A DNA stretch of 64,000 nt from Armatimonadota bacterium. GTDB lineage: Bacteria; Armatimonadota; HRBIN16. Location of the stretch: positions 4,224,001 to 4,288,000 of the forward strand of contig OY781964.1 in assembly GCA_963677485.1 (NCBI GenBank). Direction: 5' to 3'. Shown here one piece after another: positions 9,564 through 18,284 of the stretch (positions within the stretch are counted from its first letter, which is position 1; the number at the start of each line of letters is the position of its first letter). The notes under the pieces are model-generated. The model ran no database searches. It saw only the letters and a program-made list of their open reading frames with translations, and was not told where the DNA came from. Position numbers and translations under genes: made by a program.

Positions 9564-10652
9564 ATGAAACGGAGTGTGATCTCCCATGTTATGATGGGGG
9601 TAATCTGCGCGGGTGTTGTGATACCTGCTCTTGCTCAAACCCCTGCTGAGCCGCCCGCTGCCGCCGCACCGGCACCCGCCGCTGCAGCACCTGCAGCTGC
9701 TGCTCAGGCGGCCCCTGCACCAGCCACACCGGCTGGCACGGAGACGGTCATCGCTCCTGCACCAGCCGATGCAGCGGCACCGGTGGTTTCTTCTGAAGCC
9801 CAATCGTTGGTTGCCGATGTGAAACCTGCGGCTCCGATGTTGGTTGTGGCAGGGTTTAAAATGCCTCAAAACACCTCTCTGAGTGAAATAGTGTTGTCTG
9901 AAATTTGGGATAGCCTGTCAAGCAGTAAGCGTTTCCGGATGCCTGACCGTGGCGATACTGCCAAAATGATCAGCGATATGCAAATCGCCAACTCCGCGCT
10001 TGTGGAGAAGGCCTCCGCCATCGCCATCGGCAAGAAGCTGGGTGCCGACTATGTGATGTATGGCGAAGTAGTGCGGATGGATCGTGAAATCTTAACTCTG
10101 GCTGGCGATAACAACACCAAACGCTACCTGACCAGGGCCTACCTGACAGTGGATTGGAGCGTTGTGCAGGTTTCCAGCGGATTAGTGGTATTGAACCAGC
10201 GCATCATCCGCACAAATGAAAAAGGCGGCAGCTTTATCGACGCCTCATCACTATATCAGCGGTGTGCACTTGTCGCTTCCGACATCTATGTTCGTGCTCT
10301 GCAGGAAGCATTACCCATCAAAGCCACGGTGCTGAAGGTGACCGTTGGTAAGAATGGTATTATCCTGGTCGATATCGGCAGTCGACAGGGCGTCACAAAT
10401 GACTATGATTTCAATCTGTTTACCTTTGAACCAGTAGCGTTGCCAGACGGCAGGATGATCAACAAGCAAGTCGATCTTTTCCTGCTGCGCCCAGCGACCA
10501 TTCAACCGAACCTAAGTGAGTTGAGAGCTGGTCGGTATAGCCGTGCTGCTCTGGGGCTGGGATGGAAGTGGGACGATAAGCTGACCGAGAAAGCTCAAGT
10601 CGGTTACTATGTTGAAACACGGTTGCGCGTAAAAGAGGGTCTATTGAAGTAG
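9564..10652 (+). CDS. Exported protein with Ala/Pro-rich linker, CsgG/HfaB-like domain and FlgT-C-like domain
   Basis: Signal peptide (ALA-Q); PAAAAPA linker; AIAIGKKLGADYVMYGEV; IILVDIGSRQGV. Confidence 0.7.
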   Translation: MKRSVISHVMMGVICAGVVIPALAQTPAEPPAAAAPAPAAAAPAAAAQAAPAPATPAGTETVIAPAPADAAAPVVSSEAQSLVADVKPAAPMLVVAGFKMPQNTSLSEIVLSEIWDSLSSSKRFRMPDRGDTAKMISDMQIANSALVEKASAIAIGKKLGADYVMYGEVVRMDREILTLAGDNNTKRYLTRAYLTVDWSVVQVSSGLVVLNQRIIRTNEKGGSFIDASSLYQRCALVASDIYVRALQEALPIKATVLKVTVGKNGIILVDIGSRQGVTNDYDFNLFTFEPVALPDGRMINKQVDLFLLRPATIQPNLSELRAGRYSRAALGLGWKWDDKLTEKAQVGYYVETRLRVKEGLLK

Positions 10653-10677
10653 GCTTTCCCAGAACTACCATGCTGAT

Positions 10678-10714
10678 ATGAGGCGGTAACTGATCAAGTT
10701 ACCGCCTCATTTTT
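10678..10714 (+). terminator. Intrinsic terminator
   Basis: 14-bp stem atgaggcggtaact/agttaccgcctcat followed by tttt. Confidence 0.8.
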
Positions 10715-10771
10715 GTGGCAAGAGGGGAGACATGCGAATTATTGGATCGTGGATTTCGCTGTCATACTAAG

Positions 10772-12484
10772 CTATTTTGTGCAGTATAAGCTCCACTTAC
10801 CTGAAAGACGAAGCCTCTCCAACTCGATCGCCTGGTTGCCGGGAGCGGTCAACAACTCACCATCCGGAGCCATCCATAGCTTGATTGCGAATGGAACCTT
10901 CTGGGTGGATTTTTGCATGATCACATAGCTCTTGTTAGTCTTGCTGAGCACGGGATACGCCTCGCTGCCCAGATCGGTTTCACTCACATGATCGGCATTT
11001 CCCGCCACATACAGGCAGGACGGTCGCCGAGGCTCCAGCGCCAGCAGAACCAGGTTGGAACTGCCTGCATCAAGCTCAGGTTTCGCAAGAGCAACCAGGC
11101 TGTGCAGTGGTTCTATGTCGATCTTGTTCCAGGCGGGCAGTGCGATGGCGACGATCACGCTGGTCAGCAACATGCAAAATAGCGTTGCTTTAGCCGTAAA
11201 TGAAGGCACCTTGGTGGCGCCCATCGCGGTACCAAGGCAGCCGATGACATAGCAGGCACCAATCGCCAGAGCGCTAAGCCCCATTCCTGAGGCGATCGGA
11301 ACCACGTCAGCTGGTATCTTCATGCCAAACAGGGGGCTGTCCGGCGACATCGAAATCAACAGACTGGTGATCCCAGCGGCGAAAAAGAGAAATCCGAAGA
11401 AGATACCGGCGAAACCTATGATGCCGATTTCCCATTTTTTTAGGGCACCAGCAGAATGCCAGTTCGCCACAAGGTGATTCGCGACAAGCAGGCATAACGC
11501 AGGAATGACCGGCACAATATAGCCCGGCAGTTTGCTTTTGCTGATTGAGTAAAACACCAACACCACTGCCGCCCAGAGGGCCCATATCGCCACGGGGCTT
11601 CGGTTATCTTTGTCGAAAATCTTCCGCATATAACTCCACCAGATGCGGGGAGCGAGGGCGATGTAGGGGAGCATCCCTACCAGCAGCATGGGGATGTAGG
11701 CCCAGAAGGGCGCATTATGCCCGAAATCTTTACCTTCGAACCGCTGTATGTGGTGGTGGATGATATATTCCTGAACAAAGGCGTGGCCATTGGCCATATA
11801 CACGGCGATATGCCAGGGCAGCACAATGATAGATAATAACAGCAGGCAACCAAGCCATGGCACTCGGGCCAGCTCTTTCCAGTCCCGTTTGAATGAAACC
11901 AGCGCGAGCAGTGTCAAGCCCGGTAGCACCAATCCCGGCAGACCTTTGGTCATCATCGCCAAACCGACCCCTGCGGCTGCGAGATAATACCAGCGGCGGT
12001 CCACACGGATGGCCTCGATAATCCCAATGATCGCCATTGTTAAAAAGAATGTGAGCATGCTGTCCATCACGGCCTGCCGGGCCACCACTGTGCATAACAG
12101 ACTGCTCATTGTAAACAACCCTGCCAGCCAGCCTACCTGTGCACGTCCAGCCCGTTTGGACCACCACCAGAGCAACGCGGCGGTGCCCACCATAGCCAGT
12201 GCTGAGGGCAGTCTGGCTGCGAGTGGCGTGAAGCCGATGAACTTCATGCTGAGCGCCTGCGCCCAGTAGGTGAGAGGGGGTTTGTCGAAAAAGAGCCCAT
12301 GCCCCACACGCGGGGTGATGAAGTCGCCAGACTCCAGCATCTGCCGTGAGCATGTGGCATATAACCCTTCGTCAAGGTCAAATAGCCCGATTGCATTTAA
12401 CGCGCTCAGGCTGCATACAAAGGCCACAATGGCGAAGAGGATAAGGTGCATATTGTTTTTGATAACTGAGGGCGTGTGTTTCAT
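10772..12484 (-). CDS. ArnT/PMT-like membrane glycosyltransferase (GT-C fold)
   Basis: DLDEGLYA..QMLESGDF, FDKPPLTYW, ARLPSAL, MTKG and KSKLPGYI motifs; many TM helices; start chosen from the AAGGGAG RBS. Confidence 0.9.
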   Translation of the reverse strand: MKHTPSVIKNNMHLILFAIVAFVCSLSALNAIGLFDLDEGLYATCSRQMLESGDFITPRVGHGLFFDKPPLTYWAQALSMKFIGFTPLAARLPSALAMVGTAALLWWWSKRAGRAQVGWLAGLFTMSSLLCTVVARQAVMDSMLTFFLTMAIIGIIEAIRVDRRWYYLAAAGVGLAMMTKGLPGLVLPGLTLLALVSFKRDWKELARVPWLGCLLLLSIIVLPWHIAVYMANGHAFVQEYIIHHHIQRFEGKDFGHNAPFWAYIPMLLVGMLPYIALAPRIWWSYMRKIFDKDNRSPVAIWALWAAVVLVFYSISKSKLPGYIVPVIPALCLLVANHLVANWHSAGALKKWEIGIIGFAGIFFGFLFFAAGITSLLISMSPDSPLFGMKIPADVVPIASGMGLSALAIGACYVIGCLGTAMGATKVPSFTAKATLFCMLLTSVIVAIALPAWNKIDIEPLHSLVALAKPELDAGSSNLVLLALEPRRPSCLYVAGNADHVSETDLGSEAYPVLSKTNKSYVIMQKSTQKVPFAIKLWMAPDGELLTAPGNQAIELERLRLSGKWSLYCTK

Positions 12485-12534
12485 GAGGCTCCCTTGAGCA
12501 GTGCATAGCGTATTTGGTGCCAAGGAGATTCTAC

Positions 12535-12561
12535 CGGAGCGGGTCTAGATAAGCCAGAATG
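12535..12561 (+). repeat. 27-bp exact direct repeat, copy 1 (copy 2 at 20004-20030)
   Basis: cggagcgggtctagataagccagaatg is identical at both sites, each followed by a degenerately similar upstream region of an RCC1 gene. Confidence 0.9.
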
Positions 12562-12770
12562 GGTATTTGTGGGCAATCACCGGCTGTAACGAACGATGCC
12601 GATATCCGTAAAAATGCCAGTTTATGATCAACGTTCCAATATTATGCGTACTAAATATTGATATATCACTTCTTAAAAGGTACACTTTACGACATATATG
12701 CCGCAGGCATCGTAAGATTGGCTGCTTTTAAATGTGTTAGTGGCTAGAATGAAACGAACGGAGGCAACTC

Positions 12771-14942
12771 ATGAAATACTCAGCAACGCGGCTCGGAAAC
12801 GGTGCAATGGGATGGGTGGTGTGGTTATTGATGGTGGTGTGCGGCGTTTCTTGCCTGGCTCAGGGAGGCACCCTGGAGGGTTGGGGATACTATCGTCTGA
12901 TTCCCGGTGAACTGACAGGTTTTACGGCTGTGTCGGCAGGTTATACTCATGCGGCTGGCTTGAAACCTGACGGCTCAATTGTGTGCTGGGGTAGCAACGC
13001 AAATGGCCAATGCAGTGTACCAACACCAAACAGTGGCTTTGTGGCCGTATCCGCAGGTAATGAGTTCACTGTGGGGCTAAGGGCTGATGGGACGGTGGTC
13101 TGCTGGGGCTTGAATAATACAGGTCAGTGTAGTGTTCCTGCTCCGAACGACAGTTATACTGCAGTGTCGACAAATGGGAACCATACCGCCGGACTGAAGA
13201 GTGATGGCTCCGTGGTTTGTTGGGGGGCCAACGGCAGTGGACAGTGTACTGTGCCTGAGCCAAACACTAACTTCAAAGCCATATCAGCAGGTGCGTTTAC
13301 GACTGCCGGAGTCAAAGAGGACGGCTCCGTGGTGTTCTGGGGCGATAATAATGGAGCTCAGTGTAATTTACCTGCCACGAACGACTATGATGCAGTCTCT
13401 GTGGGTACTTGGTATACCATTGGATTGAGAAAGAACGGCTCCATCGTCGGTGTTGGCACCAACGGTTGGGGTGGGTGGGTAATCGACCCTGTGCCTAACA
13501 GCGGTTTTACAGCAGTCTCTGTTGGCAATAACCATCAGGTCGCGTTGAAGAGCAACGGATCCATCATTACTTTTGGCAGCCCCGAAGGAAATCGGTGGGG
13601 ACAATGTGATGTTCCTGGTCCGAATAGTGACTTTATCGCCGTTTCTGCAGGTGCCTTCTTTACCCTGGGACTGAAGTCAGATGGCACAGTAGTGTGCTGG
13701 GGGATGAACAACTACGGGCAATGCAACGGGCCGATGCCCAACCGAGATTTCGTCTCCATAATGGCGAACGAAAATCATAGTATCGGGTTGAAACCTAACG
13801 GTACGATCGTCTGCTGGGGTGACAGCGATAACGCATTGGCGCATATGCCGACATCCAATAGTGACATCATCTCCGTTGCCGCAGGCTGGGGCGCGGGTGC
13901 GGATTCATATGGGCACAGCGCTGTTCTCAAGGCAAATGGATCGATCTACTGTTGGGGAAACAATGGGGAGGGGCAGTGTAATACTCCAGAACCAAACAGT
14001 GGGTTTGTATCTGTCTCGGCGGGATACAGAAATACTGCAGGGGTCAAAAGAGACGGATCCATTATCTGCTGGGGTTTCAACCACTATGGCGCTTGCAATG
14101 TGCCCGAACCGAACACGGATTTCGCTGCGGTGGCTATTAACTCCAACAATGCAGTAGGGTTGAAGCGCAATGGATCGGTCGTTGGCTGGGGCAGCCCCTT
14201 CACCGGGGTCAACACAGTGCCAGAGCCCAACAGCGGCTACATTGCGATTGCCGCAGGCCCCGCTTTCGCTGTGGGACTGAAACGCGATGGAACGATTGTT
14301 GGTTGGGGAGACAATGGAAGTGGGCAATGTAATGTTCCTGAGCCTAACCAGGACTTCATTGCGGTATCCACCTGCGGCGGGACAGTGGCCGGGCTTAAGA
14401 GTGACGGTTCGATCGTCTGCTGGGGCGACAACACCTATGGTCAATGCATTGTTCCTTCACCAAACAGCGGCTTCATCTCAGTATCTACCGGCCGGTGGCA
14501 TACGGTGGGACTCCGGGGTGGGCATGGTATATCGGGCACATCGACTCTGGGTAATCTGATAGGTGACATCACCCGCCAGCAGCTCACGGCGGATTTGAGC
14601 AGCATGAGCAACTTGAATGTCACTCAGATCTTGCCCTTCCACCCGAAGAGCGATGGTAGTTTCGCCCTTCACAGCTACTTGGAACCACCGTACCAAGTGC
14701 GACTCACCAGCCCACATTACCTGGCTCTGCAAATCCCCAACGTCGATGCCAACACAGGCCTCAACTTCGCCCTCGTCAACGGCGATGCGGATGGCGACGG
14801 GCAGGTCAACCTGTTCGACTTCGTGGTGTTGGACCAGAACTTCGGCAAGATCAATGCGATGGCCGACTTGGACGGCGACGGGCAGGTGAACCTGTTTGAC
14901 TACGTGGTCATCGACCAGAACTTCGGAGCGAAGGGCGATTAA
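12771..14942 (+). CDS. Secreted RCC1/BLIP-II-like repeat protein (14 repeats) with C-terminal dockerin-like domain
   Basis: Signal peptide; ~40-aa repeats GLKxDGSxVCWGxNxxGQCxVPxPNxxFxAVSAG; twin GDxDGDGQVNLFDxVVxDQNFG. Confidence 0.9.
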   Translation: MKYSATRLGNGAMGWVVWLLMVVCGVSCLAQGGTLEGWGYYRLIPGELTGFTAVSAGYTHAAGLKPDGSIVCWGSNANGQCSVPTPNSGFVAVSAGNEFTVGLRADGTVVCWGLNNTGQCSVPAPNDSYTAVSTNGNHTAGLKSDGSVVCWGANGSGQCTVPEPNTNFKAISAGAFTTAGVKEDGSVVFWGDNNGAQCNLPATNDYDAVSVGTWYTIGLRKNGSIVGVGTNGWGGWVIDPVPNSGFTAVSVGNNHQVALKSNGSIITFGSPEGNRWGQCDVPGPNSDFIAVSAGAFFTLGLKSDGTVVCWGMNNYGQCNGPMPNRDFVSIMANENHSIGLKPNGTIVCWGDSDNALAHMPTSNSDIISVAAGWGAGADSYGHSAVLKANGSIYCWGNNGEGQCNTPEPNSGFVSVSAGYRNTAGVKRDGSIICWGFNHYGACNVPEPNTDFAAVAINSNNAVGLKRNGSVVGWGSPFTGVNTVPEPNSGYIAIAAGPAFAVGLKRDGTIVGWGDNGSGQCNVPEPNQDFIAVSTCGGTVAGLKSDGSIVCWGDNTYGQCIVPSPNSGFISVSTGRWHTVGLRGGHGISGTSTLGNLIGDITRQQLTADLSSMSNLNVTQILPFHPKSDGSFALHSYLEPPYQVRLTSPHYLALQIPNVDANTGLNFALVNGDADGDGQVNLFDFVVLDQNFGKINAMADLDGDGQVNLFDYVVIDQNFGAKGD

Positions 14943-15088
14943 ATCACCCATACACGCATGGAGCCAGAAGGCTCACACGTGTGCAGACGAATGGGGTGTG
15001 CCGAGATGGAGCGACCGGCTGGGTTCACCCCAATAGTTGAATGATGTAATTCGTGTATATGGCCGTGGGATGGCCAGGAGGCTAACAT

Positions 15089-17848
15089 ATGAACCTCAAA
15101 AAAAGTATCCGATTTGTATTACTACTCCTCGTAGTGATATGCAGCGTTAAGGTCGATGCACAATTCAAGCCGATTCGGGCGGATCTGCCCACTCCTAATA
15201 GTCGAATCTCCCTCCCCTTCTTTGGTGTTCGACATAATGATGCCCATGGAACTATCGGATCGCTCACTGCCCAAGCCACCGATGCATCACAGCCGCCAGT
15301 CATTGACTACTTCGCACCCCTCGGCGGGTGGGCCTATGATACAGTGAGTATCTACGGGGCAAACTTCACAGGTGTGACCGAGGTATATATTGCCAATTTC
15401 TACGCCGAATTTACGGTAGAGAACGACAATTTGATCAGTGCCTTGGTGCCCGAATACAGGGATGGGACAGGCCCTGTATCAGTGACTGGTCCTGGTGGCA
15501 CCGCGTACAGCACAGAGAATTTCACGATCTACACCTACGGGCCTATCATGACGACCACCATCGATTCATTTGAACCTGTCAGTGGACGGGTGGGCGACAC
15601 GGTCGACATCTATGGTATGGACATCACCGGTGTCAAGAATGTGGCGTTCAACAGAATGCCCGCACAGATAGTCGGATCTGAATATGGACACATTACGGCA
15701 GTAGTGCCGAAAGGAGCGACCACAGGCAAAATATCGATCGATGCCATGTACGGGCCGGCGACAAGCGAGGATGATTTTGTTGTAATTCCATCCACTCCGC
15801 CAGTTGGAGCCATCGAGATATGGGGAGGAAGTAAGCTTACACCGGGAGAGCCAAACGGGTTCACCTACATCTCAGCTGATGATCTCAGTACGATAGGTAT
15901 AGAGCGGGACGGTTCCATTGTAGGCTGGGGATCAAACTATGTTGGAATGCTCATGACTCCGTTACCGAACTCCGATTTTAGGATGGTGGCCTCAGGATGT
16001 GCGCACACTGTTGGATTGAAGAAAAATGGTAGCGTTGTATGTTGGGGCAACAACACAAGCGGACTACGCAATATCTCTGCACCAAACAAGGATTTTATAT
16101 CGATAGATGCAGGAGCGTATCATAATGCCGGTCTGAAGGCTGATGGAACCATAGTCTGTTGGGGTGGTAATGAAAATCAGCAATGTAACGTACCGTCACC
16201 AAATGCAGACTTTACGGCGGTGTCCGCTGGTTATAGTCATACAGTTGCATTAAGGAAAGATGGGTCGGTGGTATGCTGGGGTAGTAACAGCATGGGACAA
16301 TGCAGTGTGCCTTCTCCAAATGCCGATTTCGTGGCTGTATCTGCTGGCTTAAGTTATACTGTAGCTCTCAGAAAGGATGGGTCCATCACAGGTTGGGGTA
16401 ATAACGCATATGGGCAGTGTTCACCACCAGAACCGAATGTGGGATTCGTTGCGGTCTCAGCCGGGTATTATCACACAGTGGCACTTAGGGGAGATGGTTC
16501 GGTGGTTGTATTTGGTAACAATACGTACGGTCAGTGTGATATACCCAAACCAGATGGTATATACATAGCGATCTCCGCTGGTAGTGTTCATTCGGTGGCT
16601 TTAGGTAAAGACGGATCGGTGCAGTGCTGGGGGGGCAATGACAATAACCAATGTGGAGTCACACCGAATGATGACTTTACCTTAGTCAAATCGCGCGATC
16701 ATGTTACATTTGGGTTAAAAAATGACACCATTGTTTGCTTCGGAAGCAATTTAGGCAATCGAATTCATGTTCCCGAACCTAACCAAGGGTTTGTCGAAAT
16801 AGGTGTCGGGCAAGGTCACGCCGTAGGCCTGAGAAATGACGGATCAGTTGTGTGTTGGGGCGATAATTCTTTGGGTCAGTTGGATATTCCTCTACCCAAC
16901 CAGGATTTTGTGGCTATTGCCGTAGGAGCGCAGCACACACTAGCAGTGAAAAGGGACGGCACGGTTGCTGGCTGGGGTTGGAATGAATATAACCAATGCG
17001 ACATACCAGAGCCAAACCGCGCTTTTGTCGCGGTGGCCGCTGGCGATGCGCATTCGATAGGCTTGAAGGAGGACGGATCTTTAGCTCAATGGGGATATGC
17101 GTATTATTGTCAACAATATCCACTACCATCCCCAAACAGCGGCTATGTGGCCATCGCGGCAGGTGACTACCACTCGGTCGGATTGAAAAACGACGGATCG
17201 ATTGTTTGTTGGGGCTGGAACGGATTAGGCCAATGTAACGTGCCTGAACCAAATCAGGACTACATAGCTGTTGCGGCTGGCTATTCACATACTATGGGTC
17301 TCAAATGTAATGGATCGATCGTCTGTTGGGGAAGTAACAACGAAGGCCAGTGCAATATTCCTCTCCCTAACAGTGGCTTTACAGCTATAGCAGCAGGATA
17401 CAACATTTCACTGGCTATACGCAGTCTATATTCGATATCTGGGAATTTGCATCTGGACGGATATTACGGTAATCAGCTACCGGTGGAGCTGTCGGCTACC
17501 ATCAACACTACTGGGTATCCGGACATCACCCAATGTATGAGCTTGAACTCACGTAATGTCAGCGACTATCAAATCACAACCTATCTGCCGCCCCCATATG
17601 ATGTCCGCATTTTTGGATCCCATTTTCTACCCATCAAGGCGGCAAATGTTGCCGGCGGGAATATCCCCAACTTCTCCCTCGTCAACGGCGACGCCGATGG
17701 CGATGGGCAGATCAACCTGTTCGACTTCGTGGTGCTTGACTCCAACTTCGGCAAGTCGACCCCCATGGCAGACCTGAACGGAGATGGGCAGGTGAACCTG
17801 TTTGACTATGTGGTCATCGACCAGAACTTCGGAGCCAGGGGAGATTGA
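15089..17848 (+). CDS. Secreted protein: two IPT/TIG domains, 14 RCC1-like repeats and dockerin-like domain
   Basis: IDYFAPLGG..VSIYGANFTGVT and IDSFEPVSG..VDIYG IPT motifs; same repeats and C-terminus as its paralogues. Confidence 0.9.
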   Translation: MNLKKSIRFVLLLLVVICSVKVDAQFKPIRADLPTPNSRISLPFFGVRHNDAHGTIGSLTAQATDASQPPVIDYFAPLGGWAYDTVSIYGANFTGVTEVYIANFYAEFTVENDNLISALVPEYRDGTGPVSVTGPGGTAYSTENFTIYTYGPIMTTTIDSFEPVSGRVGDTVDIYGMDITGVKNVAFNRMPAQIVGSEYGHITAVVPKGATTGKISIDAMYGPATSEDDFVVIPSTPPVGAIEIWGGSKLTPGEPNGFTYISADDLSTIGIERDGSIVGWGSNYVGMLMTPLPNSDFRMVASGCAHTVGLKKNGSVVCWGNNTSGLRNISAPNKDFISIDAGAYHNAGLKADGTIVCWGGNENQQCNVPSPNADFTAVSAGYSHTVALRKDGSVVCWGSNSMGQCSVPSPNADFVAVSAGLSYTVALRKDGSITGWGNNAYGQCSPPEPNVGFVAVSAGYYHTVALRGDGSVVVFGNNTYGQCDIPKPDGIYIAISAGSVHSVALGKDGSVQCWGGNDNNQCGVTPNDDFTLVKSRDHVTFGLKNDTIVCFGSNLGNRIHVPEPNQGFVEIGVGQGHAVGLRNDGSVVCWGDNSLGQLDIPLPNQDFVAIAVGAQHTLAVKRDGTVAGWGWNEYNQCDIPEPNRAFVAVAAGDAHSIGLKEDGSLAQWGYAYYCQQYPLPSPNSGYVAIAAGDYHSVGLKNDGSIVCWGWNGLGQCNVPEPNQDYIAVAAGYSHTMGLKCNGSIVCWGSNNEGQCNIPLPNSGFTAIAAGYNISLAIRSLYSISGNLHLDGYYGNQLPVELSATINTTGYPDITQCMSLNSRNVSDYQITTYLPPPYDVRIFGSHFLPIKAANVAGGNIPNFSLVNGDADGDGQINLFDFVVLDSNFGKSTPMADLNGDGQVNLFDYVVIDQNFGARGD

Positions 17849-18284
17849 ACCCAACATCGCACCCGTCTATCAAATATACATAACATGTCGAAACGTTTGG
17901 TATTTTGCGGTTCTGCTCTCGGTTAGTACCCTGTGCCGTCATGTTCAAAGATGGGCAACTGGAACCATCGATTCCTTGGGGGGTGATGCGCCTGGCTCCA
18001 GGTGTCCGGTCAGAATATGTTCCATAGCTGCCCGCGGCAGCCAAATAATTGGTCTTTAATAGGATGTTTCCATAGTCTGCTGGGGTGACAATAAATACGG
18101 TCAGCTCGATGTGCCTGTTCCTAACAGCGGATTTTTGGTTATTGATGCCGATCAAACATATCATGCGGACTGAGAGCAGTTGGATCCGTTGTGTGTTGGA
18201 GCGATAGACTTGATAGACAGTGCGATGTTCCCACACCAAATCCAGATTACCTGTTTTTGGGCCCTGCACTCTACCACATATTAG

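Noticed and set aside
9640-9790. GC-rich quasi-repeat as a DNA repeat element
   Set aside because: It simply encodes the Ala/Pro linker of the exported protein.
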